A stretch of DNA of 64,000 bases from Macrostomum lignano (taxonomy: Eukaryota): NCBI GenBank assembly GCA_002269645.1, contig NIVC01002132.1, positions 62,001-126,000 of the forward strand, given 5' to 3'. A program made the position numbers and the translations under genes. The notes beneath the pieces were generated by a model. It did not search any database. It had not been told where the DNA came from and saw only the letters and a program-made list of their open reading frames with translations. Of the stretch, positions 52,876 through 64,000 are shown piece after piece (position 1 is the stretch's first letter; each line of letters starts with the position of its first letter).

Positions 52876-53477
52876 GCTCAGTAGCTGTATCATGTTACAT
52901 CGTAATTTATTGAGACTTATGATGCGGTTTTCGAGTGGATCTATAATACAATTCTTGGTTTTATATAGTCTCCCAAGTTTTTGAGGCTGTCCAACTGCTC
53001 GCTCGCCATTGGCTAACCAGGGAATTTTCATTTCCTGCACCGTCGGGCCAGAGACCTCTATAGATGTCTGGACTGGAAGCGGACCCGTGCGCCTAATATA
53101 CAGAGATAGGAAAACTCGTTCAGCCTGCAGAGTTCTTCAGCTCTTCACTGATTTTGCTAATATAATTTTACTGTGTGAATATCGTTACTTGAAATCCATC
53201 AAGATTAAGAAGTATATTGAATTTGCGCAGCGCTCCTATTATTCAGCAATCTGTGTGAAGACGGAAGATTCTCAGCTATCCAATCCAGTTCTCTAGCGGT
53301 CCATGGTCGGGGCAAAAGCTGCAAGTCACTAGTCAGTGCTCTTCTGTCATTGGCCAGAAAAAAGCTTTTAAAAAGCCGACACTAGCAACAGAGCCATTGC
53401 CCCTACAGACTCTGCAAGGAACCAATTAATCCCAACCAAGATTTCAAAGATTATTCCACGCTCGCGACAGATCGTCC

Positions 53478-53669
53478 ATGCCACCAGCAGCGGCATCAGT
53501 CAGCGAACGCAGTGCCGGTGCAGCTGCTTCGTCGGAGGCGTCATCGGTTGATGCTGGCGGCGGCGGCGGCGGCGGCGACGGCTCCTCGCTGATGGACTGG
53601 AAGGTGCTGATTGATAACGGCCTGGTGCAAGATCGACTGAAGAACTTCACCGCCGCTGTTTCGACTGAA
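53478..53669 (+). other. GC-rich putative exon of an unidentified gene (strand uncertain)
   Basis: Coding-like composition, ATG at 53478 and donor GAAG|GTTCGT at 53669. The minus strand is also open (53650-53444). No family recognised. Confidence 0.3.
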
Positions 53670-55354
53670 GGTTCGTGTTTATATAGCTGTGCCGTTTTGA
53701 TGTCACAGAGGGCTTTATGGTTTTGATTGTTTAATTCAAATTCGCGCCAAAAACTAACTTTTTAATCATCATTGAACGCCTTGAAAACTAACTTTAAACA
53801 GTAAACACATTTTAATTTATGAAGTCCTGAAAGTATTCACTTACTCTTAAGCCTAATTGTATTTTGGGGAATAACCGGAACGATTTTAACGATGTCCGTT
53901 TTGGCACGAATTTAAATTGAATGTAATAATCAACGAAAATCAAGGCCCATATAGGCTGCAAGTGCACCACATCGTGTCACAAGCTACAGTTACATTAACA
54001 GCATAGCAGATTAGCAGCCTTGCCCTTGATTTCGCATTACGAGTATTTTAAGAATGCAAACCATTCAATTTTCCACTTGACAAACGAGGCGGTTGCGCAG
54101 TTTCCGGGGCGTCATCAAAGTGTAGAGCCATTAACTGGGGAGGAACCCGCCCCTCTGTTTAGAATTACGAGAGTTCGTAGGTCCTAGAAACACTATATAC
54201 CAGCCATTCTACCCCTGTTCTCGTCTCGTCTTTCTCTCCATCTTTCTTTTTACTGCTCCAGACTCCCAGCCATCCTCTCCATCCTCCAAGAGGCTGTTCT
54301 GCGTCAGAAAACGAAAGCTTTGAAAGAATTAATTGGCTCTCTGCGACTACTTATATTATATAGCTGAGTTGACGAGCACCGTCCCACATCTGGGCCCTTC
54401 CCGTGTCCCCAATCTGGGCCCGTCAGTCCCAGACAGTCTGCCTCCCCGGGGATAATAAATAAAAAAATTCTGTTATTAAAAACTTCATCGGTAAAAAAAT
54501 GACATTCTATTGATTCATTTTTAATACCATTTTCGCCGTTAATTTCCTGCAGTTCTGCGATTGTAACAGTTCTATAATAGCAGCTAGTGAATGCTAAACT
54601 CTCTCTCCCTCCCAGCCAGTCTAGGCCGCAAGGTGGCAGTAAATCACGATAAAAATGCTAATATGATCTTGGGGAGGCGCGGGCCCAGGTAAGACAGACA
54701 GTCACAGTCTGGTTCATTTTAAATGAGGCTGCTCTCTCTTTAGCGGCCCCTTTGATCTCTCTCTCACTCGCTGCTTAGCCCAGGCCAACGGGACGGAGGG
54801 ATTGGCAATAAAAACTTTTTTCGGGTTGTAAAATCCTGGGGCGGCTGGTGCTGGCCTCTCTTATTTTTGACTCACAGAGGCGGTCGCCAACCCCATCAGC
54901 CCTTTAGCCGCGCAGCGGCGGGCGGCGCCACAAAGGGACCGCGCTTGCGCAAGCCCCATATATTTCTGACTGTGTTCGGGCGCTGGGTGCGGGTTGGGTC
55001 TTAACCACACACACACACACACACACCGACATACGCCCGCTCCACTCCAACTACACTCCGCCTAATTTAAAAGGTGTTCGCTGGCCGGGGGTTGCCTGCA
55101 TGCTAATATATGGCTAAGCACTGTGGCTGGTTGCGCAGCAGTTCGCAAGCATAAACCATAGGAACGTTATTGCCCCGCTATTGTTATTTATCAAAGTTGG
55201 GATGGCGCTACTCGGGGTGGGGGGGGAACTTCTGGCAGGTGCAACAAATCATTCTGTTGGGGGATCCTGCCGTTTATGGCCCTGATTTTTCTTGCCTTTA
55301 ATCCAGAGTCCAGAATTGCAGCAAGCTTGCAAATCCTGATCCCGAATCTCAAAA

Positions 55355-55540
55355 AGACTAAAGGTGAAATCCCCTTGAAGAATCCCTGAAGTCCCTCAGA
55401 GAAGCCCCTGAAATCCCCTTGAATAATGCCTGAAGTCCCTGAAGGAATCCCCTGATATCCCCTTTGAAGAATCATTGAAGTCCCTGAGCGAACCCCCTGA
55501 AATCCCTTAAAAGCGCTACGGAGAATCCCGGAAGTCCCTT
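55355..55540. repeat. Degenerate tandem repeat GAA(A/G)TCCC(C)TGAA
   Basis: Directly visible. Confidence 0.75.
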
Positions 55541-56109
55541 TGATACTGCGTACAACTATTTGAGCTTATCTTTTATTAAAGTACATGCGTACTTAAACAG
55601 CTTTGCATTTTACAGAAATGCTTCACACGCATGCCTCTAGCCAGCTCGGCCCATGCACCGTTGCCCTCCGATCCCCAATTGGAGAACCTGGTCGCCCAGC
55701 CTCTGGGCGTCGTCATCAGTCTTAGCCGGCTGGGCTGGGCTAGCCCTTGCGTCAGGCGCGCGGATGGCGGTGCGGGCTAAAAGGAAATGAATATTCAGTT
55801 CGGACAGAAACGGCGGACCCTGCAGGACTTGCAGCAGATGGGCCGCTGCAGTGCTGCCCGCCCGCCCGCCTGCCAAAGGCTGGTCACTGATTTATCGCTC
55901 AGTAGCTTCAGTTAGCCTCGGCTGACCCCACTATGGCAACAAGAATGCCTGAGGCAACAGCCAAACCCGCTCACGATCTCTTTGCTGAATGGCTTTCGAT
56001 GCTTGCTTTGTGCTGCAGTGCCGGCCAAATGCTCCGCGTTTCCCTGGCTTTTTGGTCGCGATGTGTCGCTTTTAGCGGAGTGAGGTGGGAAAGCGGAGAG
56101 GGGAGACAT

Positions 56110-56785
56110 TAGACTCGGAAGAGAGGACAGTAGAGTCAGAAGAGAGGACAGTAGACTCAGAAGAGAGGACAGTAGAGTCAGAAGAGAGGACAGTAGACTC
56201 AGAAGAGAGGACAGTAGAGTCAGAAGAGAGGACAGTAGACTCAGAAGAGAGGACAGTAGAGTCAGAAGAGAGGACAGTAGACTCAGAAGAGAGGACAGTA
56301 GAGTCAGAAGAGAGGACAGTAGACTCAGAAGAGAGGACAGTAGAGTCAGAAGAGAGGACAGTAGAGTCAGAAGAGAGGACAGTAGACTCAGAAGAGAGGA
56401 CAGTAGACTCAGAAGAGAGGACAGTAGAGTCAGAAGAGAGGACAGTAGAGTCAGAAGAGAGGACAGTAAACTCAGAAGAGAGGACAGTAGACTCAGAAGA
56501 GAGGACAGTAGACTCAGAAGAGAGGACAGTAGACTCAGAAAAGAGGACAGTAGACTCAGAAGAGAGGACAGTAGACTCAGAAGAGAAGACAGTAGACTCA
56601 GAAGAGAGGACAGTAGACTCAGAAGAGAGGACAGTAGACTCAAAAGAGTAGACAGTAGACTCAGAAGAGAGGACAGTAGACTCAGAAGAGAGGACAGTAG
56701 ACTCAAAAGAGTAGACAGTAGACTCAAAAGAGTAGACAGTAGACTCAGAAGAGTAGACAGTAGACTCAAAAGAGAGGACTGAGAC
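56110..56785. repeat. Minisatellite, 21-bp unit AGAAGAGAGGACAGTAGA(C/G)TC
   Basis: About 32 tandem units are visible. It explains the 285-aa and 188-aa ORFs. Confidence 0.98.
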
Positions 56786-57496
56786 TCAGAAGCTAGCTAT
56801 TCTAAAAATGCAAAAAATGATGCAGAAAAACTCCCCAATCTGAAACTGAAAACCTGCAGTCGGCCTCATTGTGTATGTAGTGTGGGTTTGGCTAAGAGTT
56901 GGTTGTTCCTTGAAGTGAATTGTTTTCTTGTCCTAAGAGATAGTCAAACAGATTCCTTATCTGTAGCTTGTATACTCGTGGCTGACTTCTATACTGTATA
57001 TTGCGACTGTCTGCGCCTGGTGTTTCGCGTTCATCCGAGTCAGTCGCGATGCGATTGCGTAACAGGCAGCGATTTGTTGTCCCACCGAGAATCCCGGGGG
57101 CCGCTCCGGTAGCTACTGATTGATGAGGCGCGATAAGGAGCCTGGGTTCCGTCTGTTTGGGTTGCTTTCAATCTTCTACGTGAATTCTGTGCTGTCATCG
57201 AAACCGTTGATTATGAAATATGAGTTAGATAACTCCATGCTTGTTTTGCTAGGTGTTCTGAACTGTCCATTTTTTCCTCCAGGTTGACGCTCTGTCGCTA
57301 AGACCTGAGGGCTGTGAAATCGGCAGTTAATAAAACTCAGACACCGAGTGCATTTGACAACTTTGTAAACTGTACACTGTACAGAGAACTGTAATCTGTA
57401 AGCCTTTGTAATCAGTCAATCAGTTTAGGGGTTGGCTTTCATAAGGCGTGGATTTTGGCCTAATTTTTCTTTCACGAACCCCAACCACTCTCCCAG

Positions 57497-58364
57497 ATCT
57501 CCCCAATGAGACAGCATCTATCAACGCCAGTTCCCTCCCCGTTCCCCATCACACAGAGCCGCTGGCGCAGCCTCTTCCGTCCAGAGCGCCCAACGCGGGC
57601 GCCAGCAACCTGATCCCTCTGTACTGCGGCCTCCTTGGCGCCCTCATCTGCGGCCTGGTGCTCTGGGTTGTGCTCAAGCACGCGCGCAGCCGCGGCCGCG
57701 ACTCGAAACTGCAGCCGCCGTTGCACTCGTCGCACACAGCCGACGTCACCGCTCCGCTGACCGAGGCTGCTGTGCCCGACTTCGAAGCCGAAGACGACTT
57801 TCCAGACGATGCGCTGCCGCTGGCTGACTTGCCCGACTCGCGACTGAGGCGTCTGGAGCTGGCGCTGGACTGTCGAGATGGTTGGAAAGCTCTGGCAGCT
57901 GAGATGGGTGAGTCTGGCGGTCTTTGGGACTGCAGCTCAGGCAGTGCAGGGACTGCAACTCAGGGCAGCATCATAATTGCATTTGCGGCCCTTCCTACTA
58001 TCAGTAGAGTAGTTTGCCCACTAGTGCAATAAAATACATCGCTACCCACCTCTCTTCAGGCAACAACGCTGACGCCGTCTACGAGCTGGAGTCTTGCGCC
58101 CGAGCTGACTCCACCAGCCCCGCCGGCCTCCTCCTGCGTCGCTACTCCGAATCCACCGCCGCCGCCACAGTTGGCGAACTGCGCCGCCTGCTGGTTGCGG
58201 CTGGCCAGTCCGACGCCTGGCAGGCGTGCCGGCGACCGGCGCCTGTTGCCGACCGGCACAAGCGCCGACGACACCGACAGCAGAGCAACGACGCTGGCAC
58301 CGCCACCGCTGCCGCCACAACCGCCGCCGTCAGCAGCGACACTGTTGAACTGACCACTGTCTGA
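57497..58364 (+). CDS. p75NTR/NRADD-like single-pass membrane protein with death domain (last two exons; first exon uncertain, candidate 55631-55769)
   Basis: Exons 57497-57907 and 58060-58364 (phase 1). TM ASNLIPLYCGLLGALICGLVLWVVLKH resembles the recalled p75NTR DNLIPVYCSILAAVVVGLVAYIAFKR and NRADD SNIIPVYCALLATVILGLLAYVAFKC. Death-domain-like LELALDCRDGWKALAAEMG...SPAGLLLRRY...ATVGELRRLL. C-terminal T-x-V; N-glycosylation sequons NET and NAS lie before the TM. Confidence 0.8.
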
Positions 58365-59134
58365 ACCCTGGACTTTCAAATCGCAGATGTCAACAGCTGT
58401 CGACACGCGCGGATAATTAATTCTCTAGAGATCGTTTCATAGACTGTAGATAAACTGGAGTGAAATGAAACTCGCTACAATACTACTAATAGTAGTTCGG
58501 TCGCGTGTATTCGTGCCGCAACTCAACAAGCAATGAAGCCTGTAAATATTGAAGCTGTATACGAGTATATTATTTTTTTCTGCTTGCATTTTCTGCCCCA
58601 ATTTCACGTGCGCTGATTCAGATTGGCATGTCGAACTGTAAGTCTGCTGTACTGGTACATGTACATGCGTAACTATTGTACCGCTTGCTTGCCTTGTGGT
58701 GTACTTTAATAATCAAAATTTGTCACTTTTTAGCAATGCTTAGAGTTTTATTACTTCGTTATTAAATAAACCGTCTCATTTATTAGAATCCAAAAAATAA
58801 TTTTTCTGCATGAGGCGGAAGGCCTTTTTGTTTCAATAGATGGAATGGCAGCGAAGATGTTGCACTGCATTGCGCGTATATTTATACAAGTGAAAACAGC
58901 GCGAGATTATTGAGGGGCCGAGGGAGGTGCGCACATGTGGCGTGGCGTGATTGGCTACGCCAACCCCCCTGGCTTAGCGAGCCGGCTAGCTTGGCGCGCA
59001 CCCACCCCACCTCAGCTAGACAGAGGCGGGGGGGGGGGTTTCCAGTGCGTCTGCACTGGTGCTGCCGGTCGCGTAGTCTGGCCGCCACATGCAATAAATT
59101 AAAATTGTCAAGCCTTCATGGCTACATATGTCCT

Positions 59135-59305
59135 AAGATTGGGATTTCAAAGCCAGAGATTGGGATTTCGATTTTTGTGATTGGGATCTTGGAACTTAAG
59201 ATTTTAGGATTTTGAAACTTAAAATATTTGGATTTCGGAACTTGAGATTGGGATTTCGGATTTGGAGATGATATTTCGGATTCTGAGATGGGGATTTCAG
59301 AACTT
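59135..59305. repeat. Degenerate short repeats GA(T)TGGGATTTC
   Basis: Directly visible. Confidence 0.7.
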
Positions 59306-59406
59306 AAAAGAGATTCGTTACTCAGTTAAAAGTTTGTCACTTAGTATCAGATATCATCGTTAATCCATCTTGAGAATTGTCATTAGTTTAGGATTCTTAA
59401 AACAGG

Positions 59407-60257
59407 CGGATGCCGATGGGGGGGGGGTATTTCAAATACCCAAAAAGTTATCCACGCCATAACTCTTGAACCCGACGATGGATTCGTCTGAAAATTCACA
59501 GTACGGGCTAAAATTTATCGAGTAATCTGATGAAGCCATCGCCGACTCTCTCCGACATCGAGATCGTCGAGATATTCAGCGATTCTCAAGGAGGTCCCCC
59601 TGTTTTTGAAGGCAAACCGTCGAATTCAGTGGCTAGGTCTTGACACCAGGCAGTAAGGTGCACAAAATGATCCCAAACCTCATTTCAGCCATTGGTGAGG
59701 TAACCCAGAACACTTGTAGTGCGCTACAACAATGCCCCGTGGCCACCGTCGACCATCGTCAGGACATTCAACGAGCACATTCTGACATCATCGGAATTTG
59801 AGATCCGAAACAAATTTCGGTCAAATATTTATTATGAAATTTTGTCAATGTCAATGTTTCGGATCTCAAATTCCGATGATGTCAGAATGTGCTCGTTGAA
59901 TGTCCTGACGATGGTCGACGGTGGCCACGGGGCATTGTTGTAGCGCACTACAAGTGTTCTGGGTTACCTCACCAATGGCTGAAATGAGGTTTGGGATCAT
60001 TTTGTGCACCTTACTGCCTGGTGTCAAGACCTAGCCACTGAATTCGACGGTTTGCCTTCAAAAACAGGGGGACCTCCTTGAGAATCGCTGAATATCTCGA
60101 CGATCTCGATGTCGGAGAGAGTCGGCGATGGCTTCATCAGATTACTCGATAAATTTTAGCCCGTACTGTGAATTTTCAGACGAATCCATCGTCGGGTTCA
60201 AGAGTTATGGCGTGGATAACTTTTTGGGTATTTGAAATACCCCCCCATCGGCATCCG
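59407..60257. repeat. Near-perfect palindrome: arms 59407-59812 and 59855-60257, 42-bp spacer
   Basis: Read base by base, the arms are exact reverse complements except for a G10 versus C7 homopolymer. Confidence 0.97.
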
Positions 60258-60505
60258 TGCAATGGAAAAATAGCTTCGTCATCCGACTGTTAAGCCTAAA
60301 ACAGGTACATTGCTCCTAAAGCAGTAGTGCGGAGGGTGTCATATTACCTTGCTAAGTACGTGACGTCTCGTGTTTCTACCATTATTACTACCTATAATTT
60401 TACTCACTCACAGCTTGAGCACAAGTCGACTCATGCTCAAAAGGCGGGGCTCAGCGATGAGCTGGCTGGTGTACTTTTAATACAGTGTTGGCTTCATCAG
60501 GAAAA

Positions 60506-61210
60506 GGATCTACAAGCTGATCTAGACCCTCCGCAAGCCAGATCTACAAGCTGATCTAGACCCTCCGCAAGCCAGATCTACAAGCTGATCTAGACCCTCC
60601 GCAAGCCAGATCTACAAGCTGATCTAGACCCTCCGCAAGCCAGATCTACAAGCTGATCTAGACCCTCCGCAAGCCAGATCTACAAGCTGATCTAGACCCT
60701 CCGCAAGCCAGATCTACAAGCTGATCTAGACCCTCCGCAAGCCAGATCTACAAGCTGATCTAGACCCTCCGCAAGCCAGATCTACAAGCTGATCTAGACC
60801 CTCCGCAAGCCAGATCTACAAGCTGATCTAGACCCTCCGCAAGCCAGATCTACAAGCTGATCTAGACCCTCCGCAAGCCAGATCTACAAGCTGATCTAGA
60901 CCCTCCGCAAGCCAGATCTACAAGCTGATCTAGACCCTCCGCAAGCCAGATCTACAAGCTGATCTAGACCCTCCGCAAGCCAGATCTACAAGCTGATCTA
61001 GACCCTCCGCAAGCCAGATCTACAAGCTGATCTAGACCCTCCGCAAGCCAGATCTACAAACTGATCTAGACCCTCCGCAAGCCAGATCTACAAACTGATC
61101 TAGACCCTCCGCAAGCCAGATCTACAAACTGATCTAGACCCTCCGCAAGCCAGATCTACAAACTGATCTAGACCTTCCGCAAGACGGATCTACAAGCTGA
61201 ATATCTAGAC
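60506..61210. repeat. 34-bp tandem array TCTACAAGCTGATCTAGACCCTCCGCAAGCCAGA (about 20 copies) ending just before the Amt start codon
   Basis: Period 34 (60511, 60545...). The last four units carry an AAGC>AAAC variant. Confidence 0.98.
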
Positions 61211-61216
61211 CTCACA

Positions 61217-63825
61217 ATGTCATTCCTGGACAGCACACCTGGCAGTGGCGGTGCAATGGTTAATATAACTACGAATGATCGGGCCCTAACAACTGTTGCT
61301 ACCGAGGTTGTCCTTCACGATGATGCCACCTGGATTTTGGCCTGCAGCTTCATCATTTTCACCATGCAGTCCGGTGAGCCGGGGGAAGGCTATAGAGCCA
61401 AAGCGCCTAAAACGGGATATTATTGAATGATACATGCATTTGAGACTATGGTTCTACAAGTACATTGACTTGTGTTGTAGGTCGGCAGACCATAGATTGA
61501 GATCAAGGATGATCCTGGCACGTCCCTGAGGTTTTTTGACATTTTGAGATTCAGGATCAGGAGTTAAGACTCAGGACATTTTGAGATCCGGACACGGTTA
61601 TATGCGATTAGATGCAGACATCAAGGATTAGACATTTAAGACTCTTACATGCAATTTCAGGAATTTCGAAATTCGCGAATCGGGATGCCATTTACGGGAA
61701 TCGGGACTCGACACACGTGAATCGGGACTCGACACACGGGAATCGGGACTCGACACACGGGAATCGGGACTCGATACACGGGAATCGGGACTCGACACAC
61801 GGGAATCGGGACTCGATACACGGGAATCGGGACTCGACACACGGGAATCGGGACTCGATACACGGGAATCGGGACTCGACACACGGGAATCGGGACTCGA
61901 TACACGGGAATCGGGACTCGACACACGGGAATCGGGACTCGATACACGGGAATCGGGACTCGATACACGGGAATCGGAATTTACAGGAACAGAACTTGGA
62001 TTTCGGGCCTTCAGATTTTCCAAATTTTAAACTTTTCAAGTTAAAGCCGAAAAACAAAGGTCCAGTTTCTGCCAGCGTGGTTATGGGACCGGCCATAGAC
62101 TATCGCTATGTAATGGGGCTGGCCATATACTATCGCTATGTAATGGGGCTGGGCCATAGACTAATCGCTGTCATCCTCACACTCCGCTATGCAAAGCGTT
62201 TTTGTCTACTCGAAGACAGCGCGAGACAGATAGAATAGATATGGCAAATACTGATGGATAGTTCGCCATTAGCTGTAAAGTTTTACGTATAAATATATGT
62301 ATTTCATCTATTGAATAACATAATATCGCCAGGAACAAAAGCTGCACCCCTGACTTTCTCCTGCAGGCTTCGGACTGCTGGAGGCTGGCAACGTGCAACT
62401 GAAGAACCAGGTAAACATCATGGTGAAGAACGTTGTCGACGTGGTGTTCGGCGGCATCTCCTGCTGGATGTTCGGCTACGGGCTGTCATTCGGCAAGGAC
62501 AACGCGGGCGGCTTCTCCGGCTGGGGCGATTTCTTCGTAGACCGGAGCCCCGGGGCCCCGGACATGGGCACGAGCTTCGCCACCTTCGTATTCCAGCTGA
62601 GGTAGCGGCTCTCGGGTTGCTCTTCAAGACGGGAGACGGGGCTCATTGGCAAAGTTTTTGGTGGAAGTTGTGGACGGTGAAGTCGGGAACGAGGAACGCG
62701 AAACTGAGCAAAAGTTATGAATATGACAATCTTGAAAACGATGAAAATTTATTGTAATCTGAAAATATGAATACTTCTAAAATTCGAATATTCCAACCCG
62801 GTAATCCAATGCTTACCTACTACGAGCGTACTTGTACGAGCTTACTAGTAGTAAGACAGGTTCACTGCCTGTACACCTCGGGTGCAAAAGTATAATAAAA
62901 AATCGGTTAGTTTTTGCAAAAACGAGAGGAGATTACAGGGCCTGATGAAAGAAGGATGTGGTGTTACATCGAACTGGAGGAAACTTTGCAGGAGCTGCTC
63001 TTCTTGAAGTGATGAATGAAGTACTTGCCATGGATGAAGGAAAAGTACATGTCTTTGAGTCAAGTAGGATATCGTCCTCATCAGCAGCAGCAAAACTGCA
63101 GGAAACACAGCAAAAAAGCTGAGAGTAAACAGCACAGGCTCCGTCCGGACCGCGCGCTGGGACTTGGCCCAGTCAGGCAGCCGCCGTCACCGGGCCAGGA
63201 TGACATTGGTCACGACGCCTGACAATCGATCGCTTTGTTCCAGCATTGCCACATCGGCTCTCCAGTTCTCCGTGCTGTACAGCAGGACGGTCTCCAGTAC
63301 CGCGTAGTGCCAAGCATCCGAAAAAGTCAATCGCCCAAAATGATGTTCTCACGCCCCCGCAGTTTTGCCACCACGGCCACCACCATAGTGTCCGGCGCGA
63401 TGGCCGAGCGAGCTCGCCTGGACTCGTACATCGTGTTCTCCTTCGTGAACACCCTGGTGTACTGCATCCCGGCCCACTGGGTGTGGGACCGGCGCGGCTT
63501 TCTGCACCGTCTCGGCTGCGTTGATATCGCCGGCTCCGGGGCTGTGCACTTTCTCGGCGCCGTGTCGGCCGCCGTGGCCGCCTGGATGCTGGGGCCCCGG
63601 CTGGGGCGCTACGACTCGAGCCGCGAGTTTCCTAAGAGCGGCGATCCCACAAACGCCATGATTGGCATGTTCATGCTGTGGTAAGTGGCTCTAGGGACTA
63701 AAATTCGTATTCACCAAAAATTCACCGCTGGGTCAATTTTTCAACTTGAACAGGTGGGGCTGGCTGGCGTTCAACTGCGGCAGCACGTTCGGCATCTCCA
63801 ACGGCAAGTGGAAGCTGGCTGCCAA
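61217..63825 (+). CDS. AMT: Ammonium transporter (Amt/Mep family), first four exons; continues beyond the window
   Basis: Exons 61217-61373, 62367-62601, 63363-63680, 63754-63825, GT-AG and phase-consistent. Motifs DDATWILACSFIIFTMQSGFGLLEAG, NIMVKNVVD, FQLSFATTATTIVSGAMAER, DIAGSGAVH, LGPRLGRYD, WWGWLAFNCGS. Confidence 0.95.
61676..61978. repeat. Minisatellite, 21-bp unit CGGGAATCGGGACTCGA(C/T)ACA, in Amt intron 1
   Basis: About 14 units, with C/T variants alternating over most of the array. Confidence 0.97.
63188..63309 (-). mobile_element. RTE-type LINE ORF2 relic in Amt intron 2
   Basis: Translates HYAVLETVLLYSTENWRAD..., resembling the post-RT motif (A)TVESVLLYGSETW. Confidence 0.45.
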
Positions 63826-63914
63826 GTGAGTTTGGCTTGGGTTTTCAACAGTAACCCAGACTGATTGTGATGCTCTCGATAACGAACTTTATCCACTTTT
63901 AAGTGCCATTTAAA

Positions 63915-64000
63915 TGACATTGCTGATTGGAAAAGTGTCGGTAATGGTGTGACATTGCTGATTGGTAAAGTGTCGGTAATGGTGTGCTATTGTTGATTGG
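63915..64000. repeat. Start of a 35-bp tandem repeat TGACATTGCTGATTGG(A/T)AAAGTGTCGGTAATGGTG in Amt intron 4
   Basis: About 2.5 units before the window edge. Confidence 0.85.

Noticed and set aside
55932-56084. Alternative first exon for the p75-like gene (MATRMPEA...SGV, donor GAG|GTGGGA)
   Set aside because: It ends in phase 2, incompatible with the phase-1 acceptor at 57497, and the intermediate 57284 micro-exon gives a stop in that phase.
55912-56769. 285-aa leucine-repeat and 188-aa EERTVDS-repeat ORFs; also the 208-aa ORF at 61612-62238
   Set aside because: In-frame read-through of 21-bp intronic minisatellites.
59813-59854. Palindrome as a PacBio missed-adapter artefact
   Set aside because: The spacer does not resemble a SMRTbell adapter and unique sequence resumes on both sides. 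Other assembly artefacts still need read-level exclusion.
60506-61210. CRISPR-like array (34-bp repeats)
   Set aside because: Units are directly adjacent with no unique spacers, there are no cas genes, and the context is eukaryotic.

Overview
Eukaryotic, intron-containing genomic DNA: AT-rich intergenic stretches, GC/Ala-rich exons and very large intronic minisatellites. The style, plus a 27/30 match to the Macrostomum spliced-leader exon as I recall it, points to the flatworm Macrostomum lignano or a close relative (inference). Six spliced host genes could be reconstructed by hand with phase-consistent exons: PLEKHD1-like (minus, 3' end off-window), TDG (plus, poly-Q tail), AP-3 sigma subunit (minus), a highly divergent POU-homeobox gene (plus), a p75NTR/NRADD-like TM + death-domain gene (plus, 5' end uncertain) and an Amt ammonium transporter (plus, 3' end off-window). 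A young, full-length Ty3/Gypsy LTR element (31400-40057) has near-identical LTRs, a TATC TSD, a Leu-type PBS, a -1 frameshift site, a damaged integrase and an extra non-env ORF3 behind its own branch point and splice acceptor. Also present: a tRNA/CORE-type SINE, Helitron-like non-autonomous repeats, LINE relics, about 12 unrelated tandem arrays and an 850-bp near-perfect palindrome. The most notable observations are the spliced accessory ORF3, a probable GA-AG intron, a spliced-leader relic fused head-to-head to a SINE, inverted SINEs bracketing the TDG catalytic exons (in-frame skip or circRNA), the divergent POU, the CRD-less p75-like receptor and the palindrome. The giant ORFs in the ORF track (2483, 2117, 915, 405 aa etc.) are repeat artefacts.
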